From a virus (lineage: Duplodnaviria; Caudoviricetes), in IMG/VR virus record IMGVR_UViG_3300031760_000002, positions 64,001 to 128,000 of that record: 64,000 bases of DNA; one strand, given 5' to 3'. Below, in pieces: positions 39,556-47,839 of this stretch. Made by a program: the position numbers and the translations under genes. Under the pieces are notes generated by a model. It saw only the letters and a list, made by a program, of their open reading frames with translations, ran no database searches and had not been told where the DNA came from. Positions within the stretch are counted from its first letter, which is position 1. Each line of letters starts with the position of its first letter.

Positions 39556-42042
39556 TTATGCTCCAATCGTATCCACATCGGCGTCGGCGTCTCCGCCGCC
39601 AACGGCCTTGCGCTTCAAATCGAGGGTCAATTTGCCAAGTTGCTTGAAGCAGCTCCTGAGCGAATCCTCCATCTCGATGACGTCGTCGGTACCGTAGCGC
39701 TCTATGAAATCGTTGTGCTTCCAATAGTACAGGAACAGGACTCGGCCAAGACGGTCGACCGCCTGTATGAACTCCGGCAGGTACGAATCGATGACGGCTC
39801 CGGTATCATATACCTTCGCAAGCCCGCCTATCGCGGCCTTGTCGAAGACGTGCTTCTGACCGAGCTTCGCGGCCTCCTGTGCCAGCTGTCCGGCCTCCTC
39901 GTCGAAATCGGCCTCGCCGCCGGCGTCGCCGGACTCCTCCGACTGCCGCGAGATGTCGCCTCCTATGTTCTCTCCCTGGAAATTGTCCGGAGGAGGCAGC
40001 TCAACACCCGTAAACGGCATCTTGGACTCGTCGTAGTACGGAGATTCGTACACCGGGATTCCGGTGTACGGATCCGACTCCGGCGTCTGGCCGCCCGGCA
40101 TGTTCGTGCCAACGCCTACAAACTGTCCAAGTTTGAGCAGACACACCGACTTGCGGTTGACCGAAGCCTCCTTCAAAAGCCTCTTGGCGTCATGCCCGTC
40201 TACCCCAAGCCTCGTAACAAGCATTATCGCAGCCTGCTTGTACCCGTACGGCCGCGTGAAATGACCGCCGTCGAACCTTACGAGAAACTCGCTTCCGGTA
40301 TCCGACTGTATCTCCAGCTTCGCGGCGCCCTCCTTGCGGAGCTCCAGAGTAAGCGAGTCGATCGATCCGAGCCTGTACTCGACCTTGTCCCTCCGCTTCT
40401 TGTCTTCCGTGCTATCCGGGAATGGCGTCGTGTCGGAACCGAAATTTATGATCTCGCCGATCTGCAGCGCCTTCCAGTCGGACGGAAGCACAACGGTGCC
40501 TCCGACCTGTTTTGCGGATCCGGTGAAGTCGGCCAGCTCAATGGCGCTGATATAGCAGCTTCCGACGTTCTTCATGGACCCGTCCCTGTTATGGAACTCG
40601 TCCTTTGCCCAATAGTTGGTGAAATCGTCCTGCGGATCCGGCCTCCAATTGTCCTCCCCGTAGTACGAGAACGATCCGTTTATTACGGGGCGCTCGCCCT
40701 TGTCCCTCTTCAGGCTGGAAACGTGGTACTCCGGCATCGACGTACCGTTCTTGCTGATGAAGATGTAGTCTCCTCTAACCTCAACGTCCGGAATCTTCTT
40801 GGCGGCGTCCATAATGTCCTTTACGCCCCCAACGGCACCGCCTTCCGTGAAGATATCGCGGCTCTTCGCCGTGATCATCTGCCTGTTGTCCGGGAAATAG
40901 ACCACCATGGACGAATTGGCGCCCCTGTGGAACACCCTGTCCATGTTCATGACGTACGCCTTGACGGTCTTTCCGCCGTTCACGAGAACGTTGTAGACAC
41001 CGGGCTTGTCCGGGTTCTGGAAGTTCTTCTCGTAGTCCGTCTCGATGACGTCGGACTTCTGCTCCGGAGGACGGCTGTCGTGCACGATGAACCCGTCCTC
41101 AAGAACCTCCCTGGCCTCGTCCTCGTCCATGGCATCCGAAGTGATCCTGACTTTCGGGGCCTTCTCCGCGATCTCCTCGGCCTGCTTGCGAAGAAGATAG
41201 CAATCGCGGCCATGGTTCGGGTACGAATCGACGTGAAACGCAACCGGTCCTACGTAGAACTCCGCCGCGGCATTTGCCATTTTGACGTTGTTCAGAGACT
41301 TCAGAAGCGTTCTTTCTGCACGAGGGCCTCCCACCTTCAGGATGAAATCCCGAACCGGGGACGAAGCCGACTTCTTGAACGGGGTACGAACTCCACCCAT
41401 CGCGCAGCAGGAACCAACGAACGACGCCTTGAACTCAGGATCGTTGTCGAACCTGTCCTGTATGTCCTTCCTTATTACGTCCCATGCCTCGGCGAACTTC
41501 CACGGCTTGTCGTCGGCAGACGCGTACTTTGCGCTGTACCTTGGACCCCCGAGCGGCCCTACCGTTGGCCTCTGAAGGAACTGGAAGTTCGGATTCTCGA
41601 ACGTAGACTGGTCCCCGGCTATCTCCTGCGACTGCGCCGACGGGGCCTCGTTTCCAAGCTCCTTGGCCTTCCTGTTGATGATGTAGTTGATCCACTCCTC
41701 GGTAAGCGGCACGAACGAATTAGTCCTCTTGGACAGAATCGAATCTATGCCCTTGACCTGGCTGTTCATGAAGAACGCGGGGACGTAATAGTAATCCCCG
41801 TCGATCTTGAACCCGAAGATTCCAACGGCCCTCGTACCGTTCTCGGAGCGGTCTACGACCTCGAACCCCACGATGTACTGCATCAGGGCCGGGGCGCGAT
41901 CCTGGATGAACTGGAACGCAAGATTCGAAAAATCCTGTGCGAACTGCACTTCGTCCGGCTGCTCCTGCGCCTTCTTCTGAAGCCAGGTGTCGACGCCGGA
42001 ATCATGCGTAGCCAGCAGTGAATTGATATCGAGTTTAGCCAT
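39556..42042 (-). CDS. Large head/prohead-core protein (828 aa)
   Basis: Domains punctuated by KKA, KYAS, KSAS, KQA, KEG, KEAS and KLG. Confidence 0.55.
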   Translation of the reverse strand: MAKLDINSLLATHDSGVDTWLQKKAQEQPDEVQFAQDFSNLAFQFIQDRAPALMQYIVGFEVVDRSENGTRAVGIFGFKIDGDYYYVPAFFMNSQVKGIDSILSKRTNSFVPLTEEWINYIINRKAKELGNEAPSAQSQEIAGDQSTFENPNFQFLQRPTVGPLGGPRYSAKYASADDKPWKFAEAWDVIRKDIQDRFDNDPEFKASFVGSCCAMGGVRTPFKKSASSPVRDFILKVGGPRAERTLLKSLNNVKMANAAAEFYVGPVAFHVDSYPNHGRDCYLLRKQAEEIAEKAPKVRITSDAMDEDEAREVLEDGFIVHDSRPPEQKSDVIETDYEKNFQNPDKPGVYNVLVNGGKTVKAYVMNMDRVFHRGANSSMVVYFPDNRQMITAKSRDIFTEGGAVGGVKDIMDAAKKIPDVEVRGDYIFISKNGTSMPEYHVSSLKRDKGERPVINGSFSYYGEDNWRPDPQDDFTNYWAKDEFHNRDGSMKNVGSCYISAIELADFTGSAKQVGGTVVLPSDWKALQIGEIINFGSDTTPFPDSTEDKKRRDKVEYRLGSIDSLTLELRKEGAAKLEIQSDTGSEFLVRFDGGHFTRPYGYKQAAIMLVTRLGVDGHDAKRLLKEASVNRKSVCLLKLGQFVGVGTNMPGGQTPESDPYTGIPVYESPYYDESKMPFTGVELPPPDNFQGENIGGDISRQSEESGDAGGEADFDEEAGQLAQEAAKLGQKHVFDKAAIGGLAKVYDTGAVIDSYLPEFIQAVDRLGRVLFLYYWKHNDFIERYGTDDVIEMEDSLRSCFKQLGKLTLDLKRKAVGGGDADADVDTIGA

Positions 42043-42062
42043 TACAGTCCACCCTTAGATTA

Positions 42063-42380
42063 TTAAGCCTTGCCAACGGTTACGACCTGTCCCATCGGGT
42101 CGAGCCCCGCGTAGTCCCTGACCTTGTTGCTGAGATGGGCCGCTCCGAGGCCAGCTAGGGACCCGATACCGACCCCTGCGAGTGCTCCGGCTCCGCCCTT
42201 TGCGGTGCCACCGGCAACTCCACCGGCGTATGCGCCAAGAAGGGCGCCAAGGATCAGCTTGAGCTTCCTTCTCCTTGCGACGTAGTCTATGTCGGCCGAC
42301 TCCTGGGCCAGTTTAAGCATGCGCTTGCATTCGGCTATGCGAACCGCATGCGCGATCTTGGTAAGATTTTCCTGTTTCAT
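42063..42380 (-). CDS. Small Gly-zipper internal head protein
   Basis: TKIA and LKLA, then LGALLGAYAGGVAGG..GAGALAGVGIGSLAGLGAA. Confidence 0.6.
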   Translation of the reverse strand: MKQENLTKIAHAVRIAECKRMLKLAQESADIDYVARRRKLKLILGALLGAYAGGVAGGTAKGGAGALAGVGIGSLAGLGAAHLSNKVRDYAGLDPMGQVVTVGKA

Positions 42381-42916
42381 TATGCCATTCCCTTCAAAAC
42401 TGCGTCGAGCTTCGCATCTACCTCGGTAAGTTTGGCCGGGTCTATCGCGGCTGGCTGGGCAGGAGCCGACGGAGCCTGTGCCACGCCGCTAGGCTGCTGG
42501 ATGCCGAGAACGCTCTTGAACACCTCTGCAAACTGCTTGAACAGCTTGCTGAGCTGCGTAGGCGTTATCTTCATGTACGGCTCTCCGGACGGAGACACGT
42601 CGCCGCCGGCGGCAGGATCGTCCATCGGAGGTGGCGGCATTCCACCCATCGGGTCTCCTCCGGGAGGAGGCATTCCGCCCATGGCAGCCGGGTCTCCGGG
42701 AGGCATTCCACCCATGGCGGCTGGATCGCCAGGAGGCATTCCGCCCATTGCGGCCGGGTCTCCAGGGGGCATTCCACCCATGGCGGCGGGATCGCCTCCC
42801 GGGGGAGGACCGCCGGCACCGGGATCGCCGCCAGCCATCGACGGATCCATAGGAACGAACTGCGCCTGCTTCTTCAGAAGAAGCTGTAGCTGCTTGTATT
42901 TGTTGTAGTCGAACAT
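42380..42916 (-). CDS. Pro/Gly/Met repeat head protein
   Basis: KKQA leader followed by GDPAAMGGMPP repeats. GAGGT RBS. Confidence 0.65.
   Translation of the reverse strand: MFDYNKYKQLQLLLKKQAQFVPMDPSMAGGDPGAGGPPPGGDPAAMGGMPPGDPAAMGGMPPGDPAAMGGMPPGDPAAMGGMPPPGGDPMGGMPPPPMDDPAAGGDVSPSGEPYMKITPTQLSKLFKQFAEVFKSVLGIQQPSGVAQAPSAPAQPAAIDPAKLTEVDAKLDAVLKGMA
42634..42797 (-). repeat. 33-nt coding tandem repeat (GDPAAMGGMPP x4 plus a partial copy)
   Basis: Visible in both DNA and translation, with synonymous variation between copies. Confidence 0.85.
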
Positions 42917-42936
42917 GTGTTACCTCGTTATTGGAG

Positions 42937-43341
42937 CTACTTTGTCCTGTTGAAGCTGAACTCGGGCATCCAATTCCCGTAGCCATGAGCCTTGGCGCCA
43001 GTTGCCAGCATCGATCCCAGCAATCCGTATAATATCATCTTTCTCCTCTTTGCGGAAGACGAATCATCAGGGTTCTTCAAAAGCGTATTGTACAGAAGAG
43101 CGCCTCCGGCAGCTCCTATCAGACCCGGTACGGCACCGTTGTTCATCCAATCTGACTTGACGGACGAAACGGTCTTGTTGAACGCGCCCTTGGTCCTGTC
43201 CCATGCTTTAGAAGCGGCATTGGACACACCGTCAAAGAACCCGCCGGCTTCTGCAATTTTAGTATAGACGTATCTGGCGGCATCGTCCGTCATGCCGTAC
43301 TCGGCGCATTTTGCAATAAATCCCTGTTCGTGTCTCGTCAT
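42937..43341 (-). CDS. Internal head protein with GFxxKCAExG leader
   Basis: MTRHEQGFIAKCAEYG..YTKIA followed by two Gly-rich hydrophobic segments. Confidence 0.65.
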   Translation of the reverse strand: MTRHEQGFIAKCAEYGMTDDAARYVYTKIAEAGGFFDGVSNAASKAWDRTKGAFNKTVSSVKSDWMNNGAVPGLIGAAGGALLYNTLLKNPDDSSSAKRRKMILYGLLGSMLATGAKAHGYGNWMPEFSFNRTK

Positions 43342-45326
43342 TGGCGCTTGCCTCCTAAATTCCTAAGAACATCCATTATCTTGTCCCCAGTGCCCTTCGG
43401 CTGTCTAAGATTTTGAATCCCATTGGCCAATGCGGCAGATCCAATACCGGCGGCAGCTATTGCCGGCAACTTGTACTTCAAAGGAACTTTTCCAAGGTTC
43501 TTGAACACTCTGCGAAGCCGCTGTGCGTCGGACAAGATTGCGTCCCTTGTCGCGCCTACGACCTCTTTATTACGAGAAGAAAGTTCTTTAAGCGCACCAG
43601 ATCTCAATGATAGCGCTTCTCTATTGGTAAGAGCGTTTCCAGTCGCATCAACGGACATCTGCTGTAAAGTTCTAGCATCTCTTATCAGCTGTCTTATTCT
43701 AGCTTTTCTTGAAAAAACAGCTCGTGGGTCAAATCCGTTTTTACCCCTGAGCAATTCGTCAAATCCAACAACGCGCCCTCTGTTTACGGCTGAATCTCTG
43801 AATTTTGAGTCAAGGAGCTCTCTGATGTCTTCCGTAAACTTGCGTCTTGCTGCGTCTCGTCCCTCTGCGCCCATTCGCATTGCACGGTCGAAAATGCTCT
43901 TTTCATCTGCAAGCGTACCTTGAGCAATGTGCATGCCCTTCAAATGATTGAAAGCGTCATCCACCGTTGCGCCGGGGTGGCTGCGCAGGAAATCTTCCAC
44001 ACGTCCGTAAACAGCCGCGGCAGCCGAATCGTATTCACGAATAGCTCCAAGACCCTTTTTCTTCGCAAATGCAATGTTGCCTGCGTTCAGGTTGGAATCC
44101 TGCATGAAGATTGACGGAGTCCGGATGCCAAGCATCTCCGTCGCGCTGGAGGAGCCGCCGTATGCAAGATTCAAGTCGGCCCCGTTGTACAGCTTCGATA
44201 TCAGCTGCTTTGGGACATAGTTCGTAACGGTGACCTTCCCGCTGCGAACAGCCTCTTCAAGCTCAGGAGCGATGTTGCCGTACCACTTGTGTGCTCCGCC
44301 TACGCCGCCACCAGTTTGCGCGAGGATGTGGACGTTGTCCATTCCTTCGGTGGCCTTGAGGACTTCCTTGATCTTGTCAGGTGCAAGAGGACCGGCCGAT
44401 CCTCCAGAAAGAAAGATAATCTTCTTTCCTGCAAGACTTTTCGGAACGCCTATCTTCCCGGCATCTTCTGTAGTGATGAACTTTTCTAGCACGCGCCGAT
44501 CGAGCCTGTGCTTTATACTTGACAGGATGTTCGACCGGTTGACGATTCCGGTGTCCATCGAACTGGCAGGGATGTACTTCTGTACCTCTGGCGTGTAGTT
44601 TGCCGCGAATCCTGCATCACGACCGATGTTCCTGGCCTTTCCGAGACGCTCACCGCCAACAACCTGGTTCCAGTCGTTTTTAAGGCCCGGAATCTGGGAA
44701 TACCGCATTCCACGTTCACCGGAAAAGATAAACCTGGACGGATCGCTCTTTGCCATTTCTCCGGACATCATCGGAAGACGTCCGGTGACTGCATCGGTTC
44801 CTAAAACCTTGAAGTTGTCGGAAAGCTCTCCAACACGGAACGTGTCGTACTTTCCTGCAACAAGTCCGGTCAGGACCTTCGCTTTCGCCTTCGGACCACC
44901 GGCAACGCGGGAAAACAACTCCTTCCACACGGAAACGGGAGCTCCGGCTATCTCTTTGACAGCAGGAGCCTTTCCTGACGCAACCGCATGCAGGGCCGCC
45001 TTGTCAGCCGCCGAAAACGCCCTGTGGTCGATCTTCAACGCGGCCTGGCCGTAGTCGGCCGGGTTGTTCACGCCGAGCGGATTGACAAAGACGCCGTTGA
45101 TACCGTGCCTACGGGCCATGATGGCGTTGTTCGCGGCCATCCTGGCTTCCCCGGAACCACCCGAAGCGCCGGCTCCGATTCCGGCAAGGTACTGGACCCT
45201 GTAACGCGGATTCCGACGCAGAAGCGCAAGTTGCAATGCATCGGAATCAAGCGCCATCGAAGCAGCAGATGCTCCCCCGACAGCACTTGCTCCGTTGATA
45301 ATGTTCCGTCTCTGCCTATCTGTCAT
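43338..45326 (-). CDS. GT-B glycosyltransferase with MurG-like (GT28 C-terminal) domain
   Basis: IIFLSGGSAG, HILAQTG and NYVPK..LYNGADLNLAYGGSSSATEMLGIRTPSIF match the MurG sugar-nucleotide-binding domain pattern. Confidence 0.75.
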   Translation of the reverse strand: MTDRQRRNIINGASAVGGASAASMALDSDALQLALLRRNPRYRVQYLAGIGAGASGGSGEARMAANNAIMARRHGINGVFVNPLGVNNPADYGQAALKIDHRAFSAADKAALHAVASGKAPAVKEIAGAPVSVWKELFSRVAGGPKAKAKVLTGLVAGKYDTFRVGELSDNFKVLGTDAVTGRLPMMSGEMAKSDPSRFIFSGERGMRYSQIPGLKNDWNQVVGGERLGKARNIGRDAGFAANYTPEVQKYIPASSMDTGIVNRSNILSSIKHRLDRRVLEKFITTEDAGKIGVPKSLAGKKIIFLSGGSAGPLAPDKIKEVLKATEGMDNVHILAQTGGGVGGAHKWYGNIAPELEEAVRSGKVTVTNYVPKQLISKLYNGADLNLAYGGSSSATEMLGIRTPSIFMQDSNLNAGNIAFAKKKGLGAIREYDSAAAAVYGRVEDFLRSHPGATVDDAFNHLKGMHIAQGTLADEKSIFDRAMRMGAEGRDAARRKFTEDIRELLDSKFRDSAVNRGRVVGFDELLRGKNGFDPRAVFSRKARIRQLIRDARTLQQMSVDATGNALTNREALSLRSGALKELSSRNKEVVGATRDAILSDAQRLRRVFKNLGKVPLKYKLPAIAAAGIGSAALANGIQNLRQPKGTGDKIMDVLRNLGGKRQ

Positions 45327-45347
45327 TGCGAAACAAGAATGAAACTG

Positions 45348-45830
45348 CTACTTGCTTCTCTTCTTCTTGTCGTCTTCCTTGTCGCCTCTGTCTTTCTTCT
45401 TAGACGCGACAGCCGCAGTGCCGGCAGCAGCTCCGCCTATACCAAGAGCGGCAAGAAGCGACGCCTTAGCAGCCGGAGAAAGGGCGGACGTAGCCTGTCC
45501 TCCAGACAGAGCAGCAGCCGTACCTGCTCCTGCCGCTCCGGTAATCCCGAGCGTTGCCAGTATCCGGTCCCAGCGAAGCCCACCCTTTCCAAGCTTGGAC
45601 ACTTCGTTAAGACCGGAACCGCCAGACGACGCATAGTGCCCGCCCTTCCCGACTGCTGCCGGAACGGCCGTGACGCTATGGATCATCTTTCCCGGTTTGC
45701 GGTAAAATTTTCCAATGGCGCTCAGTACTCTTTCGAGTCCTGCCCTCTTCTGCATCTGCTCGAGTACGGCATTGCCGTCGACACCGTATTCGGCACACTT
45801 TTCGATGAACCCCTTTTCGTATCTGGTCAT
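45348..45830 (-). CDS. Internal head protein with GFxxKCAExG leader
   Basis: MTRYEKGFIEKCAEYG..QKRAG with duplicated LGIxGAAxxGTAA segments. AAAGGAGA RBS. Confidence 0.65.
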   Translation of the reverse strand: MTRYEKGFIEKCAEYGVDGNAVLEQMQKRAGLERVLSAIGKFYRKPGKMIHSVTAVPAAVGKGGHYASSGGSGLNEVSKLGKGGLRWDRILATLGITGAAGAGTAAALSGGQATSALSPAAKASLLAALGIGGAAAGTAAVASKKKDRGDKEDDKKKRSK

Positions 45831-45871
45831 GTGTTTCTCCTTTGTCTGGCAATTCCAGTAGAGTTGCCGTT

Positions 45872-45900
45872 ATTAAAGCATTTTCCAAAAAATAATGCAA
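45872..45900 (-). promoter_or_regulatory. Sigma70-type promoter
   Basis: TTGCAT-N17-TTTAAT with extended TGn, in the AT-rich intergenic gap. Confidence 0.6.
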
Positions 45901-45979
45901 CAGACTAAAAGCTCGCAGCCACCGCATTTTTAAGCGCAAATGCTAGCATGGTCTTGTTCATACGGCCCAGCACTTCGCC

Positions 45980-47839
45980 CTAGTAATGAAACTCCTCGTT
46001 CTTATGTCCGGGAGACCCCCACTGTCCGAGCGTTACGCCCTTGGCTACGGCAGGATACGGATTGATCCCCTTCGAATTGGACGTCGCGCCACGCTGTACG
46101 TCCTCGACAAGACGCTTTCCGATGTACGTCGTTCCAAGCCTTCCCATCCAGTCGTCGGTCTGGCCGGTCGTGTATACGACAGACTGCATCTCGGGGCGGA
46201 CGCCAACGGGCTTGTCGTTGTAGAGAACCGCCGGAACCTTGAACCTGTTCAGCTCGTCCGCGACCCGCTTGGTGATCCTGGTGCCTATCGTGTAGTGAAG
46301 GGCCGGCTGCTCCAGGTATTTCCCTATCGCCTTGCTGGGAGGGGCCTGCACCGAGTTCGTACGGGGCTTGTACCCCCACGCCCATCTGGCGTACGAGACG
46401 TTGTCCCCGGGCAGCATCTGGCCCTCGGCATCCTGGTCCTCCACGACGACGTTGTTTATCAGGGCTTTCGCAACGGCCTCCACGTTGCGCCTGTTCGTCT
46501 TGTACCCGGAATCCCTGTATGCCTTCGTGAACCTTTCCGTGAAATAACGGCGGCCTTCGCCGATCCCTTTCAGCCGGACCGCGTCGGCCGGGGAGACAAC
46601 GCCATCGGACAACTGGTCCCCGGCCTCGACCTCCTGGCCTTCCTTGACGATGAGGCCGTATCCGGCCGGAACGTAATGCCTCTGGTCGTTCACGTAGACG
46701 TACTCGCCTCCCTGCGGCGCCTTCTCGATCTTCTCCACGCGACCGTCTATCTCCGACACGGTTGCCCTGTCCTTGTACACCTCCGGAACCGTGGCCATCC
46801 TCTTCAGCATGTCGAACCCGGAATACCCTACGCCTTGCTGCTTCTTGCCAGAATGCTTCATGTTGAGGCCGCCTTGGGCGATCCTTTCCGCCAATGCAGA
46901 AGCGGAATTCAATCCAAGATTGTATCCGATCTCCGGGAACTTTCCGTTCTCGCGTATTCCGGCGCAATGGGCGCACACGCCGTTCTTGGCGTTGCATGTG
47001 GTAGGAGACCTTACGGATATCATGTCCTGCCCGGACGACTTGAGATCCGCCAGAACCGACTTTGTTATGACCGTACCGGCATCGTACCCGCCGGCCGGCA
47101 TGGCCAGAACCGCGCCTATGTTGTCGTTGTCGTCGGTCTTAACGGGAAGTCCGTTCGGAGTTCCGCAATCGTCCTCCGTGACCACCTGCTCTATGGCGGC
47201 CGAGTTGAACAGCTTGCCCAGCTCGCCGGCCCTTGCCGTCGCGAACTTGGTTGATATGATGGAGGCCCTCGCGCCGTAAAGGCTGGCCCAAAACTCCGCC
47301 GGAGACAGCCCGTCCGCATAACTGTGACGGATAAAAAGAGGTATGGTCCTGCCGGATGCGTCCTGGTAGACGCCCGGCGTATTGATCATGGCTGACAGCT
47401 GGTCCTTGTTGCCCCTCGCGTTCGACTTTACCTGGAGTGCGAAGCTGTTGTTCGCCTTCAGGGCCGCGTTGTACGCGTCCAGCTTCGTCTTGTCGTAGAC
47501 CTTCCGGTACACGTCGGACAGCACTTCCTTCTTCTCGTCGTCCGTCAGCGTCTTGTCGCCGTAGATCCTGTTTTCGGCGTCGTCCAGGTTTTTATATATT
47601 GTCGACCTGTCGAACGGCGGCGCAACGTCGGAAAGACGGATCGTCGTGCCTTCCTCGAACGCCGCCTTGTTGCCGGCCCGCATCAGCTTTGACGCTATTT
47701 CGCCGTACTTGTCCGGATCGTGAGCTATGATGTCCGTCAACAGCGCGTCCAGCTCGTCCGCACCAAGCGTACGATTGTAGTCCCGGTACCTCTCCGGGAG
47801 TATCTCGTTTATTATGAGCTGTCCTACCGTTGTAGCCAT
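45980..47839 (-). CDS. rpoC: RNA polymerase beta' subunit, C-terminal half
   Basis: TTVGQ start, SNARGN, bridge helix GARASIISTKFATARAG, VTEDDCGT, RSPTTC..GVCAHCAG Zn site and trigger loop AERIAQGGLNMKH. Confidence 0.92.
   Translation of the reverse strand: MATTVGQLIINEILPERYRDYNRTLGADELDALLTDIIAHDPDKYGEIASKLMRAGNKAAFEEGTTIRLSDVAPPFDRSTIYKNLDDAENRIYGDKTLTDDEKKEVLSDVYRKVYDKTKLDAYNAALKANNSFALQVKSNARGNKDQLSAMINTPGVYQDASGRTIPLFIRHSYADGLSPAEFWASLYGARASIISTKFATARAGELGKLFNSAAIEQVVTEDDCGTPNGLPVKTDDNDNIGAVLAMPAGGYDAGTVITKSVLADLKSSGQDMISVRSPTTCNAKNGVCAHCAGIRENGKFPEIGYNLGLNSASALAERIAQGGLNMKHSGKKQQGVGYSGFDMLKRMATVPEVYKDRATVSEIDGRVEKIEKAPQGGEYVYVNDQRHYVPAGYGLIVKEGQEVEAGDQLSDGVVSPADAVRLKGIGEGRRYFTERFTKAYRDSGYKTNRRNVEAVAKALINNVVVEDQDAEGQMLPGDNVSYARWAWGYKPRTNSVQAPPSKAIGKYLEQPALHYTIGTRITKRVADELNRFKVPAVLYNDKPVGVRPEMQSVVYTTGQTDDWMGRLGTTYIGKRLVEDVQRGATSNSKGINPYPAVAKGVTLGQWGSPGHKNEEFHY

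Noticed and set aside
36047-42042. Portal or terminase assignment for the 463-, 312- or 828-aa proteins
   Set aside because: No Walker A/B, nuclease or portal motifs were recognised.
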